Part shown: positions 11,326-24,289 of the stretch, piece by piece
Position numbering within the stretch: the stretch's first letter is position 1
Layout: each line of letters starts with the position of its first letter
Assembly (NCBI RefSeq): GCF_021028975.2
Contig: NC_059432.1
Location: 16,616,001 to 16,680,000, forward strand
DNA: 64,000 nucleotides
Source of the DNA: Sphaerodactylus townsendi
Lineage: Eukaryota
Direction: 5' to 3'
Notes under the pieces: model-generated
Databases searched by the model: none
What the model was told of the DNA's origin: nothing
The model's input: only the letters and a program-made list of their open reading frames with translations
Position numbers and translations under genes: made by a program

Positions 11326-12427
11326 CCATTACATGAATAAGCAGAAAAATGTAACAAAATGAAAGCACCCCCTCCGCTCTGCAAAGAACCACATTTTTGC
11401 CCAAATTAGAGTTATAGTCACACACAATCATTGCTGTGGCAGTCTCTTGTCAATTTCCTGCTGCAAAAGCCACTTACCCTTCTCAATTTCACTTTCTCTT
11501 AACAGCACATACAATGTATCTCTCCTTTAAACCTTACATGTCTAATTCAAGATGAAATTGACAAAGCTGATGAAATGGACCTGGCTTTTGTCTGTGTCCT
11601 AATGTTTCATCACTAATGCAATTTGACGAAGAGAAAACAATCCTTTGGAAAATGGAGGATGAGAGGGAGAAGAAAATAGCTGAAGGGGAGCTTGGGCAAC
11701 TACACAGGGGCATGGATAAAAACCAGGTGTTTGGTGAGGTGAAGGAATAAAGACTATTTCAACATGATTGCATGCTCAAGGGAAGCTGGCTCGGAGACAG
11801 ATAAAAAAATTGCAGTAAAAGTGCTTGGGAAAACAATGGAGGAAAAATAAAGAAAAACATTTCCAGAATGAAATGGAAGAAAAAACCTGTGGGATCAAAA
11901 GAGAGGGGAAAAGTAGCATTTGGCAGCAAGATAAGTTGTAAGCAACTCATGCGGAAAAGGTCCTACAGAGGGTGTGCCCTGAATAAATGGATAAGCATAG
12001 TGGGCCTCTAAAATATCTTAAAATTTAAAACCTGCCAGAAGCTTTGAGATTGGGGGTGGGGGGTGGAGACTGCTAAAGCTCACACTGGAACCGGGTATTT
12101 GTGCTGATAAAAAGCAGGGAAAGCTACCTGTTTCAACAGAAACAAGTTGCACAAGCCAAGGGGAAGGAAGTAACAGTAAAGAGTCATTGGTTGTTAACAA
12201 CAGGCATTTTCATTCTGTTGGATCTCAGCAAATTTTCCCTTGCAGATGTTCTTGCTGAGATGGAGGTGGTGCAGCTATCTGATGGTGATTGGTTCTCCCT
12301 GGTGGAAGGGGTCCAAAATATCTTCCACAGTTACTGGATGGCAGGTTACTGGAACTGGGCCCTTGACTGGAAGAGGGAAGGGAAAAGCAGTCTCTTTATA
12401 AGTGCTTGGTCACTGGCCCTTTAGAGG

Positions 12428-12698
12428 CAGTGGCCCGGGGTGCACTCTGTGTTTTCCACCCCCTGTGGCTCTGGCCCCTCCCCCACGGCCCCTCCCCCAC
12501 ACCTTTTCCAGCCAACAGAAAACAGCTTTTTGGGCCAGAAAATGGGCCAGGTTGGTGGGATAGGGCCAGGCCTGGTGAGGTGGGGTGGGGTGAGGCAGAT
12601 TGGGGTGAGGAGGGAAGGAGGCGAGAGTGATTTTTGTGCCCCCCATGCATGCGCCCGGTGCAACACGCACCTCCCTTCCCCTTGTAGCTACGCCACTG
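12428..12698. mobile_element. Partial hAT (Tip100-like) non-autonomous element
   Basis: Right end GTAGCTACGCCACTG is a typical hAT TIR; left end CAGTGGC; no matching TSD. Confidence 0.45.
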
Positions 12699-13457
12699 CT
12701 GACTAATGTTTCTGACCTGACTCATCCACTTGGGAAGGATGGTTACAACTTCCCTGTAGATCCTGGCAGTTTGGATTTTGGCAAGGACAAGAACGCCCTT
12801 CCTCTCATCTCTCCTGTGAAAAGGCAACTCCAAGGGGAAGCTAGAGGCACACTTTATTTGATCATTTATTAACTTCTTTTTTACTCTACTGGTCTCCTCA
12901 GCGGGTACCCAAATTGACTCACCACTTTCTCCTCCTCTTCATTTTATTGTCAAAACCCCATGAGGTGGGTTACACTAAGAGTGTTTTACTGGCCCAAGGT
13001 TGAGTATAGTTTGGCTTTTGCTGGGATATGCATTTTTAAATATCTTTTATCAAATACCAGGTTTGGGGACCTCTTTTATCTGAATTCATGATACACAGTA
13101 CTACTTTGTCATGTAGTTGAAAGGTATGAGGTGTATTTTTAGTCCAGTGGGAGAAGCTTATTTGTAAACATCTCCATAAAGATTCAAAGCTAGTTTTTCT
13201 GCAGCTTAATGAGGCATGCTTTTTTGCAACATTCCTTTCTAGTTTTGCAAAATGCTACTGATTATAAAAATGGTGGCAGGCAAACTGAAGGAGTGGTGTA
13301 CATCTGCAATGACCAGGCATGTTGTTTGGTTCTTGTGTTGTGCCAAGCAGCTTGTTGGTTCTTGAATTGTGGTTCTTGGTGCACCTGATTTATTTTATTG
13401 TAATCTAAGACTGTGGTATGGGGTGGATAATACACGTAAATAGAACAGAAATCGAAC

Positions 13458-13813
13458 CAGTGGCGTACCTAGGCAAACTGGAGCCCTGGGCAAAACCTGA
13501 ATTTGTAGCCCCCATCTCCTATTAGCTCCCATTGGAAACAATGGGGGATGGAGGCACTCCCTTTGGGAGTCCATAACTTTGGACTCCCTAAACCAAACTT
13601 CACCAAACATGGGTGATATTATCAGGATAGTCTCCTGAAAAATCTCTGAAATTTTGGTGTTGCTAGCCTAAAACCTGTGCCCTCTGCAGGCCAAAAACGG
13701 AAAAACACTGAAAATACAAAAAAATCCCACAAACCAACCTGCAGTTTTTGCGCCCCCCACAAGGGCGTGCCCTGGGCAACTGCCCACTTTGCCGAATGGG
13801 AGGAATGCCTCTG
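13458..13813. mobile_element. hAT (Tip100-like) non-autonomous element
   Basis: TIR CAGTGGCGTACCT / AGGAATGCCTCTG; 8-bp TSD AATCGAAC/AATAGAAC. Confidence 0.75.
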
Positions 13814-14196
13814 AATAGAACAGATAGGGATTCCTCCAAATCTCAATGGAAATAACAATGGAAAATCTAGATGGTGCTTTCTTTGAAGTTTTCATTATGT
13901 ACCGCAAAGGAAATCCATTCTAAAATTTCAAATTGAATAGCAGCTTGCCTGTTCCTGCAATACAACCAACCGTTGTAGGGACTTTGCAGAAAATGCTGGA
14001 TTTGGGCATACACGCAGTGTTGTTGAGGCATGATCACAACCGTATGCGAAACTTTATTTTGTGGTGTTGGTCTGTTTAGCTCAAGGCTGTCTAATTCTGC
14101 TGGGATGTAGCCAGGATGGTTTTCTCTGCCTGAAAAATATGGCAGCATCCCCAAGTGAGAAAGGCTGGTCACAGCTAAGAGCCTCGGGAATATCGC

Positions 14197-14700
14197 TGGT
14201 ATTTGACACCAGCAAAATAAGTGTCGAAAATGTGAACATCTTGAGGGGACTTTTTATCACTATGGTGGACTTGTGGAAAAGCTAAAGAATTTTGGAGGTC
14301 AATACAGACCATAATTCAAACGACTTAATTTACAAATGAAACCTGAGGCTTATCTGTTGGGGCTTTCGGACAAATCTCTGGAAAGAAAACATGGAACGTT
14401 GTTTTTTAAAAATAACAGCAACAGCAAGGATGTTATACTCACAGAAATGAACAATTCCAGCTATTCCTACAATTGAAGAATGACGGGTGAAGGTATTAGA
14501 GTTGGCAGAGATGGCTAAGTTGATTACTCTGCTTAAAATAAAGGACTTAGTTAAGTTCATGGGGAATTGGAAACCCTTGATAGAATATCTCGATACAACA
14601 GAAAAAATAAATAGATGACTTGAGGTTTTGAAGGTTAAGGATTGTTAAATTAAATATGGAAAAGTGGCCAAGTGCTGAAAATGTAGGGCTTAAGGGTTTA
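14197..14700 (+). mobile_element. Decayed L1 ORF2 3' fragment
   Basis: Translates as CRKCEHLEGTFYH.WWTCGKAKEFW...ARMLYSQK*...AEMAKL...WKPLIEYL with stops and a frameshift. Confidence 0.75.
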
Positions 14701-14701
14701 A

Positions 14702-14987
14702 GGGAGCAGCAGTGGAGTAGGAGGTTAAGAACTCGTGTATCTAATCTGGAGGAACCGGGCTTGATCCCCAGCTCTGCCGCCTGAGCTGTGGAGGCTTATC
14801 TGGGGAATTCAGATTAGCCTGTACACTCCCACACACGGCAGCTGGGTGACCTTGGGCTAGTCACAGCTTCTCGGAGCTCTCTCAGCCCCACCTACCTCAC
14901 AGGGTGTTTGTTGTGAGGGGGAAGGGCAAGGAGATTGTAAGCCCGTTTGAGTCTCCTGCAGGAGAGAAACGGGGGGTACAAATCCAA
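14702..14987 (+). mobile_element. Young tRNA-CORE SINE (Squam3-like); tail runs into a gap
   Basis: Nearly identical to 8063-8386. Confidence 0.9.
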
Positions 14988-15392
14988 NNNNNNNNNNNNN
15001 NNNNNNNNNNNNNNNNNNNNNNNNNNNNNNNNNNNNNNNNNNNNNNNNNNNNNNNNNNNNNNNNNNNNNNNNNNNNNNNNNNNNNNNNNNNNNNNNNNNN
15101 NNNNNNNNNNNNNNNNNNNNNNNNNNNNNNNNNNNNNNNNNNNNNNNNNNNNNNNNNNNNNNNNNNNNNNNNNNNNNNNNNNNNNNNNNNNNNNNNNNNN
15201 NNNNNNNNNNNNNNNNNNNNNNNNNNNNNNNNNNNNNNNNNNNNNNNNNNNNNNNNNNNNNNNNNNNNNNNNNNNNNNNNNNNNNNNNNNNNNNNNNNNN
15301 NNNNNNNNNNNNNNNNNNNNNNNNNNNNNNNNNNNNNNNNNNNNNNNNNNNNNNNNNNNNNNNNNNNNNNNNNNNNNNNNNNNNNNNNNNNN
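14988..15392. other. Assembly gap (N run)
   Basis: Run of n. Confidence 1.
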
Positions 15393-15979
15393 CTGGAAGT
15401 CTCTATGAAATAACTACTGTATAATTTTATGACTTTCTGTTTTTGTGTAGTTTTGGACTTTGATTTTGAAGTACAAATGTGAAAAATGAACAAAAAAAAG
15501 GAATGGTCGCTTCTCATTTGGACGTAGATCCATGCATGATGGAGGGGTGCCAGGTTGATTCTTTTTCTCCTCCTGGTGTCAACAGGGCCATAACCAGGAT
15601 GGGGACAGAGCCTCACTCGCAGCAAGGGATTTCCCTGTCTGGAAGTATAGCCCCATCTAGTCCGGCAGGCTGGTGATGGCCTTGCCGCTCTTGCTGGGAA
15701 TAACTGTCTGTGGTCTCAGCCTAAGATCTCTCCCAGCCCTCCTGTATGAGATCTTTATGCAGAGATGAGCTTCACCTTTGAGCTGTGAGCATTCCCTGAA
15801 TGGTGTGAATCTGGACTTCTTGGAGGGGGAAGGTCGTGAGAAGGCTTCAAAAGGGGCATTGACAGGGAATCTCTGGTTTGAAATGGGAATTTCATGACTT
15901 GAGTCTGGGGCCAGGCCTGAATCCCATAGAGTTCACTGGCTATACAGCCTTCAGCATATTCATCAGCATATCCAACTTA

Positions 15980-16444
15980 CTGGAGACCCCTGGCCCCTCA
16001 ATGATGCAGCTGGCCTCCACTCGGGCCAGGGCCTTCACGGCTCTGGTCCCTGCCTGGTGGAACACTCTCCCTCCAGCTGTCCGGGCCCTGCAGGACCTGG
16101 GTGATTTCCACAGGGTCTGCAAGTTGTTCCACCGGGCTTTTGGAGAAACCAGCCGCTGAGTGTGCCCCCTCCCCTATATCATCGGGACCCGTTACTGGGA
16201 TATATGGGTCCTTAATACTATCAGGACCCGCTACCTCTCCCTCCCTCTCCTAGGAGGATTAGGTTTTAGGTGGGAGGACAACCGTTGTTTTATTGTATTT
16301 CTGGAAGTATTATATGATGTTTTTATCTGTGATTTTATGTTGTACACCGCCCAGAGCCCTTCGGGGATGGGGGGGGGGTAGATTAGATTAGATTAGATTA
16401 GAATGAATGAATGAATGAATGAATAAATAAATAAATAAATAAAT
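15980..16444 (+). mobile_element. L2-clade LINE 3' end with compound microsatellite tail
   Basis: RARAFTALVPAWWNTLPPAVRALQDLGDFHRVCK.LFHRAF (L2 ORF2 end); 3' stem TGTACACCGCCCAGAGCCCTTCGGGG; (TAGAT)n(GAAT)n(AAAT)n tail. Confidence 0.75.
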
Positions 16445-16529
16445 GTTTAATTTGTAACTCTTTTCAACATCCTTCTACCGATAACTGTTTAGTGGCCTGC
16501 AAAGACTGAGTAAACCAGGTAGTCGCTCT

Positions 16530-16785
16530 CTGAGAGACAGCATGGCATGGTTAAGAGCAGTGGACTCTAATGTGGTGAACGGAGTTTGATTCCCCATCCT
16601 ACGTATAAAGCTTTCAGAGTGGCCTTGGGCTAGTCACAGTTCTCTCAGAACTCTCTCAGCCCAACCTACCTCACAAGGTTCCTGTTATGTGTGTGGGGGG
16701 GAGAGGTGACTGTAAGCTGTTTTAAGACGCCTTATGGTAGAGAAAAGTGGGACACACACACACACACAGAACAAACTCTTCTTCA
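16530..16785 (+). mobile_element. Older tRNA-CORE SINE
   Basis: GGTTAAGAGCAGTGGACTCTAAT...CCTTGGGCTAGTCACAG...ACCTACCTCACAAGG. Confidence 0.75.
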
Positions 16786-17647
16786 ATACAATGCAATTTG
16801 TTACTCAGCCTTCAAACCTGACTCTTGACAAACAGGTTGCAAGATTTCTGATAAGCATACATGCTTCAGGATAATAGTTAGGCTGTGGATAGAAAATAGT
16901 GCTGATTTCCTAGCTTATTCACTTGAGCTACTGGGATGAATCAGGCCAGTACAACTGAAAGGTTTTCCAAATGGTCATGTAGCTTCATTTCATACCCTAT
17001 ATTCACAGCACACGTTCATTCCAATTTGGATGTACCGAATGAAATGAGTTTTGGATTGCCATTGCTGTTTTCCTTGAAAGTATAGATTGTTTATTAAGGC
17101 TGTTTTCTTTCTTTCTTTCTTCTTTTTTTAAAAAAGCAGTGCAATCTATATCATAATTCAACTTCGGATGAATGCTTTAAGGATTGAGTTTCTGGAGTAC
17201 ACTAAATTCTACATATTATTGTTTACACAGTGGTTGAGCCAGACATTACGATAGTCAGAAAATGGCTTTTCTAGGTAGGATGATGATCTGTTTTGTGTAG
17301 TATCTTGTCACTGACGGTGCTCTATGCTGGATGCTTCAGAGAAGCGTACCAAAAACAAGGCACTAACGAAAAGCTTTGTCTGTCACCCTCACCCAATATC
17401 AGGTACGATCCAGCTTCCCTGGGGTGTTTACACATGCCGAAAGCATAGCTGCCAGTGCACCAGCTGGTCTGTGGCCGTGCCCAAACATTTCATCATACGG
17501 AACATTCCTGGTTCAATCCTTAGCTTCTCCAGCCAAAATAGACTTTCGGGAAGGAGTTCTTGAGAGAGGCCGTTCTTTGTCTGAGATTCTGGAGATATGT
17601 TGCCAGCCCAGAATGAGTGCTAGGGAGAATTAGTGTGGCAGAATGGT

Positions 17648-17900
17648 TATTTTATTTATTTATTTATTGGATTTCTTTATTGGATTTAATATACCGCCCT
17701 ATCCCCAAAGGGCTCAGGGCGGTAGACAATATAAAATATCCTATATAAAAACATACATACAATTTAAAACAGTTACGTTCTAAAACAATGTCCCACGGAA
17801 CCCGTATACAACCCTCCCAGAAAAGAATAATGGGTCCTGATGATGTTAGGGACCCCTGTAAAGCAGGGGGGGGGGCAGGGCATAACGTTATAATGTTAGA
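17648..17900 (-). mobile_element. L2-type 3' tail fragment
   Basis: (TTTA)n followed by ATACCGCCCTATCCCCAAAGGGCTCAGGGCGGT, the reverse complement of the tail at 16340-16444. Confidence 0.6.
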
Positions 17901-17944
17901 CTGGAAAGAGCTAAGTTCCGAACTCCATTTTGCAGTGAGGCATA

Positions 17945-18449
17945 GGCCCTTTCCGCACAGCATTCTGAGTGGGTTGCAGCCAGCATGAACAAACCCAGCA
18001 TAGCCCCGGGCCATTCGCATGGCTGGGAGTCCAGTGAACAGCCAGCACATTGGCCGGGGCGCATGCCTTCGCATTGAGACATGTTTTTTTGTTTTTAAAT
18101 CTACCTTCCACCATTGGGCAGCTATGCAGGCAGGCGCCCAGGCTTCCCCAGAGCCTTGCTGGAGCCAAAAGTGCCTGCGTGGCTCCATAGGTGGGGACTG
18201 GGAGGTACAAAACACCCCAAGCCCAGCCACATAATGTGCCCCACAGCCACAGCCGTTTGCTTGACCGTGGCTGCAAGGCATGTTAAAAGAATTGCACATA
18301 TCACAATTCTTTTAAAAGTTGGGTTTGGGGGGGTAGGGAAACCCAGGGCGAACTCACTTTTGGAGCAGGATCCATGCAAAGTGTCCCCCCCCAACCTGGG
18401 TTTCATCCCGCCCTTAACCCCGTGTTTATTGGCCTGTGTGGAAAGGGTC
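17945..18449. mobile_element. PIF/Harbinger-like MITE
   Basis: TIR GGCCCTTTCCGCACAG / CTGTGTGGAAAGGGTC; 3-bp flanks ATA/TTA. Confidence 0.6.
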
Positions 18450-18867
18450 TTAGTGAATGAACTTGGATTGCTTGCACAATATCAGCCTAGCCCACCTTGG
18501 AGATTATGAGGATTAGATGTAAAAGGGGAGAACCCTGCCTAAGCTTCTTAAATAAAGGATGGGATAAGAATATCATGATTTAAAAAATTCCCTTCCCCTT
18601 CCCTTCCCTTTCTTTTTTTCCTTCCTTTCTGGTTCTGGTTTCCTTCTTCTTGGAGTGGTTGTGGCTGGTGGCCTTCCTGTTATCATCTTTCGCTCACTGC
18701 CATCATGTGAGAATGTAATCAGTATAATCAGGGCACCATCTTTTATAGTATTAGTTTGATTAGGATTGTGGGGTTAATCATATGTTCAACTCATATCTAT
18801 ATATGTATTTATGGATTATTATTGTTTTAAGCTGTCCTGAGCCTGGGTTGCTGAGAAAAAGCAGGAT

Positions 18868-18922
18868 ATCAATCAATCAATTAATCAATCAGTCAGTCAG
18901 TCAGTCAGTCAGTCAGTCAGTC
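18868..18922. repeat. (TCAA)n(TCAG)n microsatellite, probably a retroposon tail
   Basis: Direct reading. Confidence 0.85.
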
Positions 18923-19355
18923 GCTCTCCTTTTAACATTATAGGTTCTATGTGTAATAGATGGAAGGTATTCATGCCCCATTCTCCCTCCTTCATCTGCA
19001 CATCATGAAACCACTGGTAGCAGCAGAGTTTCAATAGCAAGGTATCTCCCAGGAAATGCAAAATCTCCACGTTGCTAAAAGATGGGACGCCTTTGACTTT
19101 GCACTTAGTAACTGCCAAGAACACAGTAGCATCAACAAAGATATTACCCACCCTGAGCTTCTAGAATGTTGACAGCAGTACACCTGAGTGAAGAGTAAGG
19201 AGCTCAATTCTTGGGTCTTCCTCCTTTTTAGTGATTTTTTACATTTTAATTTTTAAAAGATTAGTTGTTACAAATAAGGTAACATGAAGCTTGCTTCCAT
19301 CTGTTAATGTCTGAACTTACAGCTTCTTAAATTCTGATTAGAGTTTTCAAGTCGG

Positions 19356-19766
19356 GCAGCCCCATCCTAAAAGCTGGAAACCCAGATGTGGCGCCGGGTG
19401 TGCTGGCCCGCCATTCCCAGGGATACTTTTCAGTGCATACAGAGGCTAAAAACACAGCAAAATATCTCGGCTGCTGGAAATCCCCCTTGGGCTTAATGGA
19501 CTTATGCCACCGAAAAGCTGGCATAGGTCCTAAGCCCCAGCTGCTGGCATAACAGGGGCAACTGCCAGGAGGAAGCCGATAGTGTCAGCTCCTTCCCTGG
19601 ACCACTCCCACTATGGCAGGGGCTCAGGGATACTGGCATGGCATTCAGTCCACCAATGGATCTACCCCTCTGCTAGGGCAAGTTTCCCAGGGACGCAAAT
19701 TTGCTGGCATGGCCCCTTGCCATTCCCAACAGCAGATTCACACACACGCCCTTTGGATGGGGCTGC
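19356..19766. mobile_element. Non-autonomous DNA element (MITE)
   Basis: Perfect 12-bp TIR GCAGCCCCATCC / GGATGGGGCTGC. Confidence 0.55.
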
Positions 19767-19789
19767 AAGTAAGATCCAAGATCTAAATA

Positions 19790-20140
19790 CAACATTTTAT
19801 TCTTATACATATGACTTTTGTTATCACCAGTTAATTGAATTTTTAGCTTCTATATTTTAAAAAACTCCAAAATCTATTTTCTTCCATACCATGTGGATGC
19901 TCTGTTATGTGATAAGAATGTCAGCTTTGCCATTGCTGAATATTTCATTAGTTTGTTCATCCATTCTTTAAGATCTGGGAGTGGGTCTCCTTTCCAACTA
20001 GAATTCTGCAAATAGAATTCTGACCGCTATCACCATGTATTCAAACAGTTCGTTATGCACTTTTGGTGCATTGTTTGGCAACATATTTAATAAGATACTT
20101 TTCAGATCGAATAGAAACTTAACTTTCAGTATCTTGGGTC
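19790..20140 (-). mobile_element. Decayed L1 ORF2 3' fragment
   Basis: LFEYMVIAVRILFA...WKGDPLPDLKEWMNKLMKYSAMAKLT resembles the L1 ORF2 C-terminus. Confidence 0.6.
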
Positions 20141-20518
20141 TTTCAGCTCGCGTTACAGCAGTTATTTGTTTTGTAGGAAAAAACGTAGCCACAAAGCAAC
20201 TGACATAATTTAAAACCAGTGCCTTCTGGTAACAGACACTAGATATAAATGAGCATAAGGAAAAGGTTGTGTCCTTTTGTTGGTTGGCCTGTCCCTCCGT
20301 TACCTAGTCAACACAAGAATGCTGTATTATGGTGTCATTACGGAATCATGTCTGTGCTGGTCTCCACTGGTTTCAGGCTTTGCTCCCACTGGCTGTGTAA
20401 CGCCGACTTTTGAGCATGTCTCCTCCACAATTGTGAAAGGGAACTGTGTCCCCTTTCTATAGAGGAGCTTCCAAATCTGCTAGGCTTTTGAGTCATTTGA
20501 GGTGAGTGTACCTATGAG

Positions 20519-20892
20519 CAGTGGTGGGATCCAAAAATTTTAGTAACAGGTTCCCATGGTGGTGGGATTCAAACTTTGGCGTAGTGCCAATGGGGCTGAG
20601 CAGGGCACGACGGGGGCGTGGCTGGGCATTCCGGGAGCGGGGCATTCCTGGATGGGGCTGTGGCAAGGACCTTGGGCAGGAAACGAATGCACGCAGGTGC
20701 AGGCTTCCACGCATGCCGGTGCACCTCCTGCTACACTGCTTCAAGTTCTGCGCACTACTGCTGAGAGGAGGGGCATAACTAAGGCAACAATCACGTGGCA
20801 AAATCACCAATTAGTAACCCCCTCTCGGCACACACAAATAATTAGTAACCTACTCTCGGGAACCTGTGAGAACCTGCTGGATCCCACCTCTG
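20519..20892 (+). mobile_element. hAT non-autonomous element (CAGTGGTGGGATCC family)
   Basis: TIR CAGTGGTGGGATCCA / TGGATCCCACCTCTG; perfect TSD CCTATGAG; relatives at 34406 and 61290. Confidence 0.9.
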
Positions 20893-20964
20893 CCTATGAG
20901 GATTACTTTTCAAGGTTCTGTTTCTGGAGTGAATGGTTACCGCCATCTCTGTATCCATCTAGGG

Positions 20965-21100
20965 CAGTGATGGTGAACCTTTGGCACTCCAGGTGTTATG
21001 GACTACAATTCCCATCAGCCCCTACAATTGGCCATGCTGGCAGGGGCTGATGGGAATTGTAGTCCATAACATCTGGAGTGCCAAAGGTTCGCCACCACGG
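20965..21100. mobile_element. Palindromic hAT MITE
   Basis: Fold-back structure; perfect TSD ATCTAGGG at 20957 and 21101. Confidence 0.9.
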
Positions 21101-21267
21101 ATCTAGGGCTTTCCCCACCATTGACAAAAAATTAGTTTCATGGTGAAGACAGGTGTAACTGAAGTTCTCTGACCTCTGAGTAGGGAGTGTTGTGTCACTG
21201 ATGCTGCAGAAAAGTCTCTTTGGTGTTGATATCGGCCTTCCAGATAATAAGAAACAAAAGGCAAGTA

Positions 21268-21650
21268 ACTGGCTGCTGTGGGTTTTCCAGACTATGTGGC
21301 CATGGCCCAGTAATTTTAAGTCCTGCTTTTTCATTCAAATCTATGGCCACTTTTGGACATGCAGAATAATGCACTTTCAATCCGCGTTCAGTGCACTTTG
21401 CAGATGGATTTTACTGTGTGAAATAGCAAAATTACAAACAATTGTGAAAGTGGATTGAAAGTGCATTATTCTGCATGTGTGAAAGGCTGGCATCTTCAGA
21501 GACATGTCACAGTAAGCAATATTTCATCCTTGGTGCAACCATGGATACGGGTGACATATTAAAAACTAAAACTACCAGACCACAGCCAGACAGCCCAGAC
21601 AATCCACAATAGCCAGTTGATTTGATCCGTGAAATCCTTCAGCAACACAA
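21268..21650. mobile_element. Old inverted Penelope-like remnant, interrupted by a Harbinger-like MITE at about 21345-21485
   Basis: Minus arm GGCTGCTGTGGGTTTTCCAGACTATGTGGCC...CTGGCATCTTCAGAG resembles 9535-9627; plus arm ends TCCGTGAAATCCTTCAGCAACACA. Confidence 0.6.
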
Positions 21651-22849
21651 AAGACAAGTAAGGTGATATCCTTTGTTGGGACAGCTTCTGTTTCCACAAG
21701 TCTGAGTTTTTGCTGGTGAAATGGCCTGTGTAAAACCAAGGCTTTCCCACCCTCAAACCAAAACAAAGTTGGTATCTTACCACCCATGCCAATTTATTCC
21801 AGCCATGATGCAGAATAGCATTAGGTGGTAACAACTGTAGGTAGTAACAACTGTAGTTTCTTATCAATGTGTATCAGAGTTAGATCTCTGAGTTGATCTC
21901 CAAGGACAGTTTTTTCTATGTAGTTTCAAAGGTTGTTTTATCTTTCGGACAAAGTTTGTGTTGCAAATCCTCTTGAATCTCTTCACTAAACTTCCCTCTG
22001 GAGTTTCAGAGCCAGTCATTTTGCTGATTATCCCTTGTTAAGACTTCTTGCGTAGAACCGATTCCGCCACAACAGGACGTTGTCAGTCTTGTGCTTCTGG
22101 GAATTGGAGCAGGTTAGTTTGAAACCTGTTAATTAGTGACTACCTGCCAGTACATGGAGTCTATTTTGCAGCATGTAGAAATGCTCTAAATAATGGATAT
22201 ATTTGTGTGAATTCTGACAAGTGTTCCTCATTGAGCTATGACTGGTGTTACTAAATACTGGGAAACTAGTGGAAATTAGTTGCAATAAGAAGGGGCTGTC
22301 TTAGGAACTATGCTTGGAAGTCCTAATTTAGGTGCTTAGGCTGAAGATCTACCTAACAGGAATTTTATGAAAATAAAATAAGCATGTATTTTGGCTTAAA
22401 TCTCATGGTAAATCTTAACTAATTAAGGGATCTCCATCAGCAAAATGGGATGTCCCCTTCTTCCCCTTCCTCTTGCAGCTAGAAATGATCCTTAAATGCT
22501 ACATCAAGAACCAGGGGATCCCTCAAGAAGAAGGGGGAGTAGAAGTTTAGCAGCAGGAAGAGAGGAGAGACATCCCCCTCCCCTGTTCAGTACAAATTGT
22601 CCATAGGATCTGTACCATTCCCGGGAAGCAGATTTAAGGCAAAGTAGCATTTCAACCTATTACACTGAATTTCTTTGGCCATTCTAATTTGACCATTTAG
22701 GTCTACTGCAAAGGCTTTAATACAAATAGGTTCACCCCCATTTTTGGAGATGATTGATTGAGGCGTCACTTTTGATGTACAAACTCATGCCAGTCATCTC
22801 TTTAGCGAATGTGTCTATCAGATTTTTGTAGCACTTCATCGGCCTTCTA

Positions 22850-23083
22850 TCATACTTTGGTCATGTTATTAGACAAGAGCCACTGGGAAAGGCAATAATG
22901 GGAGGAAAAGTTGGAGGCAGCGGAAAAGAAGGCAACCCAACATGAGATGGATTGAGTCAGTTAAGGAAGCCACAACTGTCTGTTGGAAAAAAAAACTGAC
23001 CAAAGCTGCTACAATAGGACATTTTGGAGGACATTAATTCATAGGGTCTCTATAGGTCAGAAGAGACTTGTGGGTACTTAACG
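22850..23083 (+). mobile_element. RTE (BovB-like) LINE 3' fragment
   Basis: YFGHVIRQEPLGKAIMGGKVGGS...RWIESVKEA; tail CATAGGGTCTCTATAGGTCAGAAGAGACTTG. Confidence 0.7.
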
Positions 23084-24289
23084 TACATGTACACTCACAG
23101 AGGCCTTCACATTTATTTGACCAGAGTGTATGGCAAGTCCAAAGAAGATACAAGTGCTGATGGTTATGTCTTAAAAGTTACTGCCTGTTTCCAGCAATGG
23201 TGCAAAATAGGATGCTCTGGGTTTACCTTTGGTTTCAGTTCTTCAGCGGCATTTCCAACTAGGTTTCTTTCTGTTTGTTTCCTCTATTTAAATTCATCTT
23301 GGCACATCTGAAAGCACAGGCTTCTTGTAAGTAACTTTTGATGACAAAGCAAAAGAAACTTAACTGAAGGTGTCAAAACAATTTCAGATTCTGCCTGTTT
23401 TCAAATCTCAGTGGCCTTGAAGTTATGATCGGATTGATTGAGTGTTGCTCATGAAATAACAGCTAACAAGCCTTCTCTCTCTTTTTATACTCCCAGTTTA
23501 TTCATTGACATTGGGAACATAGTGAGGGACTTCCTGCTTCCTCCCTCTCTCTTTCTCACGGTCTCACAATTATTTGAGTACCTTTTCCCATTCCATAACT
23601 CACTTTCTCAATAGTCTTAGCTGTACATAACCATGGTTAATGGTAACCATGGGTTTCATCGTGTTCAAGTGCAATTGTAATTTCTGGCTTGGACCCAGAC
23701 TACTGTTTCTGGAGCAAAAGGACTTCCTCCTGTGGAGTGTGTTTCCCCCTCTCATGGGAGCCCCCCCCCCCCAAGTCTTGTTCCTGGGCATTCTTTCTCT
23801 CCTGGAAACAGTATTTCAGGGGTTATTTAGGTCTGTTACATTGTTACTTGTGCGCTCCCCTCCCTTCCGTTCGTCGTCGTCTGAGTCAGAGTGAAATTTT
23901 TTCTACCATTTGCTGAGGCGAATTTGAGGGGAGAGAATTGCGGGTGCCATTTTAAAGCGGAGTTTTTTTGGCGCGTTCCGCTAGAATGGCCAGCAGATCA
24001 TTTTCTCCTCCTAAGGAGACCTTCGCCCGCTCTGCCGCAAAGGTGACGAGGGCTACCGCAGCCAGGGCTTCCACCCCCCAGTCTGGGGACGTTTTGGAAG
24101 ACCCAGTTGAAGGAGGGAGCAACTGCCAGATACACACAGCGTCAGAGATGTCCAGCCTAAGTGGTGGATGGCAGCTACACATGTGGTGTATGTCTGTATG
24201 TGTGCCTGCCCCTGCTTCTTGGGACCACAAAATGAGCGGAGCTGGCAGTGTTCATGTATGCATGAAGCTGCATTATATTTAAATCAGAC

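Noticed and set aside
14897-15625. 242-aa and other ORFs crossing N runs
   Set aside because: Artefacts of translating gaps
17664-18509. Long overlapping ORFs (211 aa and others); similar ORF clusters at 4130-4549, 20493-21050, 34386-34848 and 42343-42998
   Set aside because: They lie in GC-rich MITEs that are poor in stop codons; no recognisable protein motifs
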